Shown piece by piece: positions 12,291 to 25,510 of a stretch of DNA of 64,000 nt. Every line of letters begins with the position of its first letter. Within the stretch, counting starts at the first letter, position 1. Below the pieces are notes generated by a model, which made no database searches, was not told where the DNA came from, and saw only the letters and a program-made list of their open reading frames with translations. The DNA lies in assembly GCF_036321535.1 (NCBI RefSeq), contig NC_087436.1:47928001-47992000 (forward strand), read 5' to 3'. Position numbers and translations under genes: made by a program. Source of the stretch: Camelus dromedarius. Its lineage: Eukaryota.

Positions 12291-14303
12291 TTTTTAAAAT
12301 TGTATGTAATTTATTGTTAACTCAGCGTTAACCTTGGCCTACTGAAAAAGGCTAAACTAGGCGTCAGACAGACACTTTTCGGAGAAGCAGGAAACAGACC
12401 CACATGCTGTATTCCTGCCACAACTGCCTTAGAAAGGAGAGGGCCAGTCTTGTGCAGCGGTTTTTCCTTGCCTCGCTGGTTTTTAGGCTAGCAAAACAGG
12501 CCACCAAAGGGACTATGAAAACCTGTCTCCATCGGCCCAGTAATCTTACGTGTGAGGTTAATCACCAGACGTTGCCCTTTCTTTGATGTCTTTGAGCGTG
12601 AGGGTAGTTGTGGCCTCTAAGACCTGTCAACTTCAACATCCACGTGATTTCCTAGTTTACTGTAGAACTCTGGGCTCAACAGAACTGCATTCAAAATCCT
12701 TTCTTGGTAGCATATTAAATTTACAATCCTATAAACTCACAATGAGAGGTGTCCAGTTACCTTTCCTAGAAATAGAATAGAATCCTGATCAGAACACTTG
12801 AAATAAGAAATCTCTAAGTTTACGCTTTTTTCCTTGTAGTTGAATATTCTGTGTCTTCCATAAATTGAATCAGAATATTTTAAAAATCTGATCTACAAAT
12901 TATTCTAGGTGGGGCCAGATTTGTATCCAAACACTTACCATTTAAGAGAGTCTGTGACTATGAAGATCTGGAATGACAAATATACTTTGTCTATTTGATT
13001 TTCATCACAAATGAAAGATTTCCAAAGTAGACTTATTTGGTTTTTAATTCTTCAGAACTTTTCCTCCACTTTAAGGATCTCTCAATATCACAAATTAAGA
13101 GTTTGGGACAAATATTCACATGGCTGAATAAGTGAAAATAGGAAATTAAAATTTCTTTTGGATTTCTCATGGTGAAACAGTACTTAAATACATAAAATCC
13201 TGTTCCTCAGTGACCTCATTCTGCACATGAGAATGATTTGTTTTCCCTCCTACATTATATATAGGTTATGAGAATTCATATTGGTGAATTTATTTTTTAA
13301 AGATTTCTTCAGCAAAAAGTGAATAAGCAAGAGCAAAATGAATTCATTCTGTGTATCTTTTTCATGAGAAATAATAGAATATCCATTGAGGCTTTTATCT
13401 AATCTAAAATGAAAAAAAAGTCAGTAAGTGGGCCATGGGTGAAATTTCTGAGATAAAGTTTAATTTTAACATAAATTCTTATATAAAATAGTTTAAGTGG
13501 GAAAAAGAATTTTAGAACTCTAATCAACATATTTACAATACTGTCTATAAGCTAAATAAAAATAAAGAGATTAACAAAAATACTATACATTTTAATTTCT
13601 GTCTCATTAATTCTCAAAAATATTGTCTTAGAAAATGACATTAGGACTATAATGTCTTAATATAATATTTAATATTATTACATTCTGGAAACAAAAAAGG
13701 AAACAAATTGGGTTATAGGAAATTAATATTTTAGGTATATATTTAGAATGTATTTTAGGTATAGTCCAGTTTATATATAACTAGTACTGTTCATGGCATT
13801 AAAAATATTATCTATAACAAATGAGGCCAACATTTTTAATAAAATAATATACCAGTCTTGAGAAACTTTCTGTGGTAGAATAACAGCATATTTTACTAGA
13901 AAAATGAATGATGGAGTAAGTCCTACGGTCTCCCTGCAGCTGTGTGAGCAGTTAAGCGCCCATGTGCTGGTCAGACAAGAGCCTTGCGGTGCTTGCTCTG
14001 GTGTCAGGTGTGCAAGACAGTCCTCAGAGGAGTAGCAGGACTTGAAAGGGGAGCAGCTGGGGCTGGATGGATGGGGCCAGTGGTGGCCATGAAAGGGTTA
14101 ACTTGGTAAGTTCCTCAGCAAGCCTCCTTATTCTTCCCTGGGGACTCTCCTGTTCTTTACACAAAGTAAGTCATGGCGCTGAATTATAAAAGAGAAAAAG
14201 AGAATTGGTCTCTAACCCTCAAATTATTTTGTTTCTGCAATAGCTGGTTTAACTCAGGGTAACCTACTCTTTGGATTATTTAATTCAGAATTATTATAAA
14301 CTT

Positions 14304-14411
14304 CAATTTTTTTAAATTGAAGTAATGTTGATTTGCAATGTTTCGGGTGTACAGCAAAATGATTCAGTTATAGAAAAAGATTCTTTTTCAGCTTCTTTTC
14401 CATTATAGGTG
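14304..14411 (-). mobile_element. Very short 5'-truncated artiodactyl-type L1 3' end
   Basis: ttttttaaattgaagta...gtgtacagcaaaatgattcagttata...ttttccattatagg; flanked by the direct repeat ttataaactt (14294-14303 and 14412-14421). Confidence 0.75.
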
Positions 14412-16039
14412 TTATAAACTTTACCTGGGAACTTGTAATGAGGATTATTTGTGAGTAAGTGTGTGTGATTGTTTTGGAAGACTTCTTTCTGGAAGAAAGA
14501 GGGATGGATGTGTTTAAATCCTGGACCGAAATCGTGTAAGTGAACTCTGAAAAGTTATCTTAAGTGAATGTAAGCAAATCATCAGATGTGTGGGGGCCAC
14601 ACTGGTCTTTGGAAACAGCTTGCAATGCATGAGCATTTCACTGGAAGCTCAGAAAGCTTGGCTTTTGTCCTTAAGAGCTCTTCAGATGGTAGCAATCCAG
14701 AGATAAAGAAGGCTAAATGGCACCAGTTGGTGAGAGGAGAGGATGGTATGTGAACTTAATAGTGGAGAGGCTGCTAAATACAGTGTCTGCTGGCTACTTC
14801 CATAAACCACAACATGCTCTTTGAGTTCTTCAAACCCAGTTACTTCAACCACTAGATAAGGTTTCAATGCATGATACCGTGATGCTGCAGGCTTTTTTCC
14901 CCCTTCCAAGTTAATATCTTTGTTTTGATTTTGGCTGAAGAAGTTTCTTTGTTGGTCAGCTGCAACATTTCCATTAACTCACAGAAGTTCCCCATCTCAC
15001 AATGCTTGCCAGTTTTCTCCCTGCCCAGACAGGATAGATAACGTTAGCAGGGTTGCGTGAAATATCCAAAATTAAAATGATTCTTTCCATAGCTTCACAC
15101 CACTGGATGCTGAATAACTTCCATATTATTCACAACTTTCCTATTCAAAGCAATGAACTTGTGATTACTTTTTATTTTACCTAGGAACTAAATGTCTTTA
15201 TAATATTAGAAATTGTTTATCGGTTTTAAAAAATTAAGGAGTACCAGAGTTGCTTCAGAGATTGCTTTTGGATCTTGGGAAATCTAATTAGCCTGTTTTG
15301 TCTGCTCAGAGCAGTGGTCACTGACAGCTTGCATGGCATCCCCCCCTCAAGTCCTAACAGCGTGGAGTTACCCTCATGGGCCTAATTCAACAATCCAATC
15401 AGACAGCAACACGAGGGCCAATATATTTACTAAATATTAGTGTGAGGCAAATTGATCCTTACAGATACTGTGGCAATGACTGCATGGGCAAAGCTAGCTA
15501 GTCTTCCACAGTTCAAGTAAACTAGAGAAGTGAGTCTATTACTGAGCTACTAGGAACTTCCAATTCATTGATCATTTTACCAGTACTTCATAAACTGCTC
15601 TCTTGAGTTACTGACAACAACCCAGAGAGATCAATATTATTTTAAAAATTTTACAAATTTTGGGCATAGTTCCTTTAACCAATTTGCCCATGGGCATATG
15701 GGCACCAGTGAAAAAGTCAAGATTTAAGCCAGACTCTGAAGGCTATGCTCTGAACCATTCCTCCACGTTATTTGATTGAACCCTGGTTAGCCAGGCTTTA
15801 GGAAAAATGGAAAAGAATAAACTTTTCTGCATTTAAACTGTTTTCTGACTCAAAGAAAGCGCCATACTGGTTCTGGGCAGTATCCAGGGATCTTCATAGT
15901 GAAGATCCTTCTTTCAGTGAAGACCCCCCCCTCCCCCCAATTCACACACAACTCACTCTTTCTCCGAGGACACAGGAACACCTGGTGAGGTCTCATTTAC
16001 GCATTTATGTTACGACAAGGAGAGCAATACATGCAAAGA

Positions 16040-16370
16040 GCTTTCATCTTCTGCCAGGCACTGTTCTAAGTGCTTTCCACGCAATAACTCAGCTCCATGT
16101 TCACAGCAACCCTATGAGATACGTTCTCATGTTCTGAGGCCAGAGTTTAGGCGGAGGTGGGGAGGAGATTTTTCTATTCAAATATGTGTCAGTGCTACCT
16201 ACTACTAATTCACAATTCACATTAGCCTAGTAAAGGCTCTGAGAATTCCTGCAGTAAAGAAATTTACCTTTGTTCTAGCCAGCATATCCCAAATTTACTT
16301 TAATATACACTTCCATCTGCACTGACATCCATTAGCATATCTTGGAGCACAGGTTGAGGATCGCTGTTCC
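16040..16370. mobile_element. MIR tail fragment (minus strand) followed by a hAT-Charlie-type MITE remnant
   Basis: gccaggcactgttctaagtgcttt...cacagcaaccctatgag (MIR), then taaaggctctgagaattcctgcagtaaagaaa...cagcatatcccaaatttac (Charlie-like). Confidence 0.55.
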
Positions 16371-17143
16371 AGATCTTCAGTAATAGCCTGAATTCAAAAG
16401 CAAACCCTCGGGGCAAATCTTTAATGGCTGAGAGGCGGGGAAGGGGCAGCAGGTGGGGAGGGATGTTACTGCAGCAATTCTAGAGACCACACCAGAGACA
16501 CTGGGCTCAGGTGAACCAAGCTGCATTCCCCGTGCCAATCAGAAAGTTGTTTGCCAATGCAGAAAGACGTAGGGGGAAAGTGTGACACTTAACTACAGGT
16601 TGGCACTTAACCCAAACCTTTAGCATTTCTGCTATTTCTTAATCAAATCTTTTATCAAGTAACCCAGTGATTCCAGGGCTTAGGGCACACCAGCCCCCTC
16701 TTTGTCACTGACGATAATAGGATAGATTTGTGCAAGCAGAGCTAATCTTGTTACAGTTGTTTGTGAAAGCTGTTGGCATTTCACAGCCTGCTGCTCATCT
16801 CAGGACTCTGAGGAAAGTTTAGCCCGTGATTTGGATTCAAAATCTGGTCGCCTTTCTGGCTTCATGGGATCATGTTTAGAGTTTAATGTTAGGATGGAGA
16901 CTAAAAGAGAGCGATGCAAGATGGGTCATGGAAACAACTCAAGTTAGAGGATCCGAGTGGCAGAATGAGTGAGGGAATGAACTGTACTGGAGTTCCGGGT
17001 TTGGAGCTGAGGATGGAGGCTGAACGATTATGAAGGTTTCAGAAAGCTTGAAACCAACAAGGAGCCTCACTGCTGGGTGGGATTTGGAAATTTACAGATG
17101 AAGAAAAGTAGTATTCTGATGTGTACCTGTGTGTACATGCATC

Positions 17144-17170
17144 TGTGTGTGTGTGTGTGTGTTTGTGTGT
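17144..17170. repeat. (TG)n microsatellite
   Basis: tgtgtgtgtgtgtgtgtgtttgtgtgt. Confidence 0.9.
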
Positions 17171-17309
17171 TGGAGCACTGGAGAAAATAAGGAGTCAGTA
17201 TGCAAGAAAATTCTGTGGCAAATTAGGCCTGTGTTCTGAAGGTTGTAAGAGCTTGATCTGGCTACATGCACGTGCTCAGATGAAACTTTAGAAATGCAGA
17301 TTAAATTCA

Positions 17310-17595
17310 AGTTATGGAGTTCTTTGAAGGCCAGGCCAAGAATTTGGACTTGTTTCTGTAGGCAAAAGAGCCCTGAAGGTTCTTGAGCAGTGGGATGACA
17401 TAAAAAGTGGCGTCTTAGGAAGAATCAGGTGGGGATGCTAGGCTGGGTAGTTTGGGCAGAGCCCTGGAGTGCAGTGTGTGAAGACTTGGATTCCTGCTGC
17501 AATGGAATGGAACCAGAAGAAAGGATTGGAAGGATTACTGGGGTAAAAGGGTGAAGACAGCAGTAGAATACAGGTGTACAAACCTGGGTGATTCC
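17310..17595 (-). mobile_element. L2 internal fragment
   Basis: gaaggccaggccaagaatttggactt...gagccctgaaggttcttgagcag...gatgacat...ttaggaagaat. Confidence 0.7.
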
Positions 17596-18531
17596 TAAAA
17601 TGGGGAGCCATAGTTTATCTATGCAGCACATCATTTTTGTCAATACACTGAAAATTATATTATTAGTATAAATAAACACACTGTTTCATACCAAAAAAGT
17701 AACCTTTTAATAATTGTCTGTAAAATTACTTTCACAAAAATTTTTCCTAACCCATTGCAAAAAAAAAAGAAATGTGCTCAGAATTTGTGAGGTTATGTCT
17801 TAACTGTTTTCCCCAAGTGGTGTCCACCATAGATTGGTACTGGAAGGGCATTCTTCCTCTGCATAAATTCTGTACTCACAGAAAATGAAACTTTTTAATC
17901 TGAAAAAGAAATAATCTGATGCCTATTTTATTTAACATCTTACCTTCAAAGATGGTGCTATAGATCTCAGCTTCCTTACTGTCCTCATTTTCTTCTATAT
18001 GTGCAGAAGGAAAAGAGGAAAAGATAGGCAGGTCTTTATTTTGAGCACTGAGTATGTTTCCCAGTTACCCTTTCTGATCCTTTCCCAACCTTTAAGTGTC
18101 CCAAGAATGTATCAGGGGCACCCTTGCTTCTGGTTCCCAGTTGAGTTTGGTCATCAGAAGAGATCCCAGCCCCCTGACTCTGCCTTCGGTGACGTCATGT
18201 TGTTAGTTTTCAATCAGCCATGACTGCAAAATTTATACCATGGAAATGAATAAATGTTACAAATCAGGGCTTCCATTTCTGGAAAGTCAGGGTAACAGCA
18301 TGCTTCTAGAGGAGTGTGGTTCCAGGTACTTACACCTTTTGTTCCCTCTGTATGTGGCCATCTAGGTTAGGTGTGTACCTCAACCAAAGATATATATGGA
18401 GGGGGCTATTTCCACAGAGCAGCACTATTCAGGTTTCTGCAATCACTGCCTCCTCTTCAGGCTTAAAAGAGATCATGTTTTCCTGCCCTACTCACCTCAG
18501 ACTACTGCACCATCTCTTTTGTGTCTGTAAA

Positions 18532-18990
18532 CCTGCACCATCCAACATGGTAGCCACTAGCCACATGCAGCTACTGACACTCGATGATGTGGTTATCATA
18601 ATAGTGAAACTGATGATTTGAATTTTTAATTTTATTTAGTTAGAATTAATTAAATTTAAATTTAAAAGCCAGAAATAGTATAACACATTTTTCCATTTAA
18701 CACCACTTTATTATTTTGGTAGGACCACATTTCACTTGAGAATTTATTATTTAAACTGAGATGGGCTGTAAATGTAAAATATACACCAGATTTCAATGAC
18801 TTAATATGAAAAAAAGGAAAAATATCTTACTAATAACTTTTTTATATTTATTACATATTAATATTTTGGATAGGTTGGGTTAAACTAAGCATATTATTAA
18901 GATTAATTTTACCTGTTTCTTTTCACTTTTTTAATGTGGTTATTAGAAAATTCTAAATTACTATGCGGCTCCCACTAATGGACATTCCTG
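18532..18990. mobile_element. MER33/MER3-family hAT-Charlie element
   Basis: tccaacatggtagccactagccacatg...aatttaaattt and actgagatgggctgtaaatgtaaaatatacaccagatttc...ttaatgtggttattagaaaatt match MER3/MER33. Confidence 0.8.
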
Positions 18991-19399
18991 TTGTAAATCT
19001 TGCCCGTACTGCTGTAAATAGACCCTTTATACTCTTTAAATTCACCGCTTAAATATGCCATCAGTTCCTCACTGGTGGGACCCTAACTGATTCCACCACA
19101 ACCAAAAAAAAAAAAATCTGTGAGCTAAATTACTACTCTGTTTTTAAAGAGAAAAGAAAGAGGACAGTATTAGCAGGGTGACACTTAGATTCTAATGATG
19201 TTTCCCAAACAATTTTTACAGTATGCTCTAGTGGGACAATGATCAAAAATGGAAGTTCTGTGGCAAATTTGGGCCTGTGTGGAAGGAAGGATTAATATTA
19301 AGTAGTTATCGTAAGCCAGACAATTTTTTGATAGCTTGTCCAATCTATCCAGTCTCTCAGACCACATTCGACTTCTTCCATGGCCCTGTGAGTAACCAC

Positions 19400-19585
19400 A
19401 GACCTAGAGTTGTCTCCCAATAATCCTGAGAGGCAGGCTGTTTTGAGAGGCCTTCATTTTACAGACCAGGAAACTGAGGCACAGAGAGGTTGCTTGCTCA
19501 AGGTCACACAGCTGGTAAGCAGAGAGGACAAAATTAAGCCCAGACTTGCTTGACTTTATAGCTCAGGCTCATTCTAGCACACCAA
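19400..19585 (-). mobile_element. MIR SINE
   Basis: cattttacagaccaggaaactgaggcacagagaggtt...cttgctcaaggtcacacagctggtaag. Confidence 0.85.
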
Positions 19586-20581
19586 ACAATAAATATTCCT
19601 TACTCTAAGGCATTTTAAACAAAATTTAGGGGAGAAGTTTGTTGATTTTACTAGATATCGATTTTAAAACTTTCGTTGCAATGTAGGTGGTCTGGAGCAC
19701 TGCTTGCTTTTCCCGCCCACCCAATCTCTCAGACCACATTCCCCTTCCACGGCCCCCAGGGTCACTGCTTTCAAGCAGACCTAGAAAAGACCAGAGCTCA
19801 CAAAACTTCCATGAAAAGTTGCTTCTTGGGAGGCTTGTTGGGTCACTTGCAAGAAGGGAGAGACAGAGGTTTGGTGGAATAAATCAGGCTAGTCTGGGCA
19901 GGCAGGCTGCATTCTGCTGAGCCCAGCCTCACGCCCAGCCGCGGTCTCACCCTACCCTTAGTCACTGCATGGGGACCACGAGATAGTTGTGCTTCTGTGT
20001 AACAACTGGGGAAGGATGTAAACAGGGGCTCAGATGTCAGCTGTACCCAAATCACAAAAGGAACTCAGGTCCTTGGGGTTGGAGACACTGTAGTGCTGCC
20101 TCCCATTCTTACTTTCAATCTATGCATAATTTGATCCTCCTGCATTTGACTCTGACTTACAACGTAACTCTTTATGGAGTTTTAAAGTGCTGTTTACACA
20201 CATGTTAGCACTTGTTGCTTTGGACTTCACGTATCCTCCCTTGCTAAATGGGTGTGAAATAAAAATGTGTTTTTAAATGCAGGTAGGGACTGTACTTGAG
20301 CCCATGGTAATTCTGGAATTGTGCACAGCTGCGGGACATTAACCACTAAAAAGGGAATTACAGGAACCTCCAAGATCACTGCAAAATTGGTCATGGTTTT
20401 GCACTCCTTGTTTAGTGCAAGGAATCCTTTCGGTGCATAACAAACAGTGACTATCTGACTACCTGTAGTGAAGAAAGGGATGCTTCCTTCTTGATCCATT
20501 TTATATTTTTGGTCTGATCTAATATGACTGGGTGACCACCTAGATATCCTCTCATCTCAACTCTTCTGAAACTGAAAACAG

Positions 20582-20705
20582 AGGCAATGTTACTTGGGGA
20601 TGAAAAGCAGAGCTTGGAGTCAGGCAGCCCTGAGCTCAGCTGTGTTGTCTAGATGCCGTGACTGTGGACTAGTTCCTTCACCTCAGTTCCCTCCTCTGCA
20701 AGGGG
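20582..20705 (+). mobile_element. MIR head and core fragment
   Basis: agcagagcttggagtcaggcagccctgag...cctcagttccctcctctgcaa. Confidence 0.65.
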
Positions 20706-20711
20706 AGGGAA

Positions 20712-21165
20712 CCACAGAGCGGTTAGGCTTCTTCAGGTGTAAGCAGAAGAAATCAATTCTTAAGCGACCTATATGAAATTTTTTTACAAAAAGAAATTTG
20801 TTGTAAGGATATGAGAGAGCTGAGAGGATCAAGTGAAAGGAAGAACTGGGCCTCAGAGGAGTATGAACCTACGGAGCTCCAGGGTCTAGCAAACAAGACC
20901 TTTGGGATGTTATTAGGGCACCGCAGCCTAAATGAAAGACCTCTAATCAAATTTCATCCTTTGGCCTTTCTACTCAAGATGCAAATTCCCAGGAAGAGTC
21001 TGAGTGGACTAGATGGGGTCCTGCTTTCCTTTCCTTGATGCAGGGAGGGCAGGAGAAAGTAAGGGGTCCTGACTGACAAGCTGCAGTAAGTGAGGGAGGC
21101 TGAGTTCTTAAATAAAACGTCAGGGTGGCATTAACCAAGGAAGGGGATATGCGTATTGGGCAAAC
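20712..21165. mobile_element. Old MaLR LTR remnant (MLT1K/L-like)
   Basis: ggttaggcttcttcaggtgtaagcagaagaaatcaa...aaagaaatttgttgtaaggatatgagagagct resembles old MLT1 termini. Confidence 0.4.
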
Positions 21166-22538
21166 AAAAGAAATGAAGTATTTTACATTCTCATGACTTA
21201 TATAAAGTCATCATGCCATTTAAATGAGATCACTGACATCAGTACACACAGTTAACAATACATATAGATTGTCAATAAAGATAATTTTAAAAAACTATCA
21301 TTAGGAAAGAGTTCATAATTCAGTTTATTCTTCTCTACTAAGAGTGATTATGTTCTCAAAGAGTGCATTTTAAACTCACACACAGCAGTCTCTTAGATTT
21401 TACTAACAGGGACATTTTAACAATTTGCTATCTAACTAGATGGAGATATTTCGGAAAACAAAAGTTGTAATTGTGTCCCAAATAGTTAGCATGCAATTAT
21501 TTAATTTAAAAATCTGCCTTTGCTATTTCAAACATAAGCCAACAATAAATCCCATGCCGTCTATTTTAGTTATGGTAAATCATAGTCGTATGTTGTCATG
21601 ATTATGGCTAATTGTGGGATAAAGGATTTAATTTTAGAGTATGCATGAAATAAACTCTTGTTGACATTTATGCATGACAGTCTGGGAACAATAGGGGATG
21701 AGCTAACAGCTATATGAGATAAATCCCCCTACAAAGAGAATAATAAAGAAAACTTAAATCAAGGATTCTGATTCTTAATGATGGTACTGATGATTCTAGA
21801 AGCCTGAGCTCACCATATTTAGAATGCACCAGCTGCTTCAAGTTAGAGAAACTGTAAACTCTTCTGACATGGGTTCAATGATGGTGTGTGTGGTGTGTGT
21901 GTGAATAAATCTTTCCAGTTATGTGCAAACAGAAAATCTAGAATGCTTCCCTGAACTACTAGCTTACGGACGAATAATATTCTGTGGTAAACTGCTATCC
22001 CACACTAAAACTGCAGTCTACACTGAAATTTGCAACTTTTAAAAGAATATTAAGAGAGTCTATTTACACTTGGCCTGAAATTGCTTATGGACTGAATGAC
22101 AACACCAGGAATTTAAAAGGAAGCAACTCTATTTTATTTTTAACTTCTTTCATTTTACAGTAATGTCTCCCATTAAAACTAAATGATTAGCACTCTCAAA
22201 GCAAGGCCTCCAACAATTAACGTAAGACTCAGAGTTATTTCCCTCATTGGGAATCTTTAGTAGAAAGCAGAATGTTTAGACAATATGAAGAGGAACCAGA
22301 GTGTGCCTTCTGCTTCCACAACACATCTCCAGAAAGAGAAACTCCTGCACTGACGGCGGCTATGCAGAGTCAAGATACAGTGCGTGTCAGATCTTTTCAG
22401 GGAATTTTGTAAATAAATATGGGTTGAAGGAAATTTTAAATTCTGCCATTTTATAACTGTACTGTGTGCACTACCCTGTGGATATTGAAATGGATCTGAG
22501 TCACCACCCATAACATTCTGGGAATGTCTTAATATTGA

Positions 22539-22572
22539 CACAGTGCCTCTGAGCTACCATTAGGGGGCGATG
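22539..22572 (+). promoter_or_regulatory. Candidate CTCF site with upstream motif
   Basis: Core CCATTAGGGGGCGA (22557-22570) versus consensus CCASYAGRKGGCR, one mismatch; preceded by CAGTGCC at a spacing like the ZF9-11 upstream motif. Confidence 0.5.
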
Positions 22573-22599
22573 TGGAGGAAGCATGGCCAGCAGGGATCT

Positions 22600-22867
22600 C
22601 CTGATTCCTTCTAGTTTATTTTTCATTTCAGTTACTGTATTCTTCATCTCTGGTTGGCAGTTCTTTATATTTTCTGTCTCTTTGTTAAAAGCTTCTAACT
22701 TCAAGCTCTGTGCATCTGTTCTCCTGTTGAGTCCTTTGATCATCTTTACGATCATTACTCTGAACTCTTTCTCAGGTAGACTGCCTATCTCCATCCACCT
22801 CACTTAGTTGTTCTTCTGGGGCTGTATCTTGTTCTTTTGTCTCTAACATATCCCTCTGCCGCCTCAT
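22600..22867 (-). pseudogene. L1 ORF1p N-terminal/coiled-coil remnant with a frameshift
   Basis: ATG at 22867: MRRQRDMLETKEQDTAPEEQLSEV, a 4-nt duplication (gtggatggagata), then EIGSLPEKEFRVMIVKMIK...NKETENIK...EMKNTVTEMKNKLEGI, a typical laurasiatherian ORF1p. Confidence 0.85.
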
Positions 22868-24405
22868 TTGGTCTAACTTGCTATTTGTATTTTGATGTAT
22901 GTGGTAGGGTTAGTTACATTTCTCGACTTTGGGGAAGTGGCCCTCTTTAGGAGGCATCCTGTACACCCCAGCACAGTACCCCCCTCTTGTCGCCCAAGCT
23001 ATATGCTCCAGGGGTTCCCCCTGAGAGGGGGTGTGTGGGTCTTTCTGTGGTGCTGGGGTGACTATGAGGGTGATCTGGCAGCTTGGCTGGCCCCTAGCCT
23101 GGTTGGTCGCCAGGCCCTGCCTTGTGCAGATGCCGCTGGCTGCTGTTTAGCCAGGTCTGGTCATGAGGCAGCTGGTCGTGGGGTCCTAGGGGCCCCAGTG
23201 GGCAGAGTCAGGGTCCTGAAGACTCGGGCTGTTGCCCACTCACTGGCTGGTGAAGCCTGATGCTGGGATTGGTGCCGATGACCGGCAGGCAGAGCTGGTT
23301 CCTGGAGTCTGGCTGCAGGGCCCAGGAATCCCAGAGCTTGTTTCAATTATTGGTGGGGGCGAGGGGCGGTTCTGGACACAGTTGAATATGGGTTCAAGGG
23401 TATCCCGAAGGTTGTCTTGGCCTGCTAGTGGGCACGGCCAGAGTCCAGCTGGTCCCAGAGTAGGGCCTGGTGTGCGTTGTTGTAGGGTCCTACTTTTTTT
23501 ACTTCTGGTGCCTGCGCCCTGGCAGGTGAGGCTGATCTAGAGGCTCATGCAGGTTTCCTGGTGGGAGGGGCTGGTGCCGGCCCTGGTGGGCGGGCCGGGT
23601 CTTGGCCCGCAGGTGGACTAGGCCATGTCTAGGGGCGTGCCTAGAAGCAGCTGTGGGCTCTTTAGTCTTCAGGCAGCCTCTCTGCTGCTGGGTAGGGCTG
23701 TTGTGCCCGCCCAGTTAGTTGGTTGGCCTATGGCTTCCCAGTACTGGAGCGGCTGTGGGGTGGGGCCAGGTTCCAGAGCTGATAAGACAAGGTTGCAGTC
23801 GCCAGGATCTTTCATTCGTTTGGATGTTCCCCCGTGTACCTGCTACTAGTGTCCATGTTCCCAGGGTGACCCGCAGCCGTCCCTCCGCCTGTCCAGGAGA
23901 CTCTCCAAGACCAGCAGGTAGGTCTGGTTGCAGCTTCTACCAAATTACTGCTTTTGCGCTGGGTCCCGGTGAGCATGAGATTTTGTGTGTGCCTTTTAAG
24001 AGTGAAGTCCTGTTTCCCCCAGTCCTGTGGAGGTCTGGCAATTAAACCCTGTTGGCCTTCAAACCCAAATGCTCTGGGGGCTTGTCGTCCCTGTGCCCGA
24101 CCCCCAGGCTGGGGAGCCTGACATGGTGCTCAGAACTTTCAGTCCTGCAGGCAGGCCTCTGCAGTGTAATTATTCTTCAGTCTGTGGGTCGCCCACCTGG
24201 AGGGTATGAGATCTAATTGCATCATGAGCCTGCCGCTCCTGTCTGTCTTCTGTGGTTCATTTTTTAGAAATGTGGTTCTTTCTTTAGAAATGGTAGGTTC
24301 CAGTTTTTTTCACTGATGGGTATTCTGCAGAAGTTGTGATTTTGGTGCGCTTGTGAGAGGAGGTGAGCTCAGGGTCTTTTTAATCCATCATCTTGGCCAT
24401 TCCCT
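22600..24405 (-). mobile_element. LINE-1 5' portion only: ~1.5-kb GC-rich 5'UTR plus the start of ORF1
   Basis: Minus strand begins ggccaagatgatgg (decayed YY1 box CAAGATGGCGG at the L1 5' end), continues as a CpG/GC-rich UTR, then ORF1 codons; breaks off at ~22600. Confidence 0.85.
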
Positions 24406-24479
24406 GATCCACTGTTGCTGGGATCTAAACTGAGCTGTGATCAAAGACTCAGGTTGATGCCATATTGTGTATGAGTGCG

Positions 24480-24548
24480 ATTCCTTTCCTTCCTCCTTCT
24501 CTCCCTCCCTGCCTCCCTTCCTCTCCCGCTTTCTCCCTTCCTTTCTTT
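24480..24548. repeat. Polypyrimidine (CT-rich) low-complexity tract
   Basis: ttcctttccttcctccttctctccctccctgcctcccttcctctccc... Confidence 0.85.
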
Positions 24549-25036
24549 AGTTAGATGTTTTGTTTCATGATAATTATAGATTCACAAGCAGCTGGAATAA
24601 ATAACAGAGGGATTTGCTGTACCCTTTGTCCAGCTTCCCCCAGTGGTAGTGTCTTGCAAAACTATAGTGCAGGATCACAACCAGGACTTTGACATTGGTA
24701 CAGGTCAAGGTGTAGAACACTTCCGTTCCACAGGGATCTATCACATTGCCTTTTACATCACATCCACTTCTCTCTAGCCCTCATTCTGTCATTTCAAGAA
24801 TATATCATAAATGGAATCACACAGGATATAATCTTTGAGACTGGCTTTTCTCACCCAGCATAATTCTCTGGAACTTCATTCAGGTTGTTGAATGTATCAG
24901 TAGTTCAGTTCATTCTTTTTTTTTTTTTTAATTGCTAAGTAGTATTCCATGGTATGGATATGCCAGTTTGTTTTACTGTTCACCTATTAACAGACATCTG
25001 GTTTGTTTCCAGTTTTTGTCTGTTAATAAATCTGCT

Positions 25037-25510
25037 CTAGATGCTTGCATGTCAATGTGCATAGCAGCATTATTCACAATAACTAAAAGGTAGAAACAAC
25101 CCAAATGTACTTTCACTGATAAATGGATAAACAAAACATGGTATATACATTGGCATAGAATATTATTCAGCCTTAAAAAGAAATGAAATACTATACATAC
25201 TACAACATGGGTGAACCTTGAAAACATTATGCTAAGTGAAATAAGCCAGACACAAAAGGTGTGTGATTCCACTTATCTGAATTACCTAGACTAAGCAAAT
25301 TCACAGAGACAGAAAGTAGAATAGAGGTTACCAGGGGCTGAAGGAGAGATGGAAATGGGAAGTTATTATTTACTGAGTCTGAAATTTCTGTCTGGGATGA
25401 TGAAGTTCTGGAGATGGATGGTCGTGATGGTTGCACAATATTGTGAATGTATTTAATGCCACTGAGTTGTACATTAAAAATGGTAAAATTAATGTTTATA
25501 TTTTAGCACA

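Noticed and set aside
15888..15908. 9-bp perfect hairpin ggatcttca-tag-tgaagatcc
   Set aside because: A few stems of this length are expected by chance in 64 kb.
22892..24209. Cluster of 60-122-aa ORFs
   Set aside because: They lie in the GC-rich L1 5'UTR, where stop codons are rare; no protein similarity recognised.
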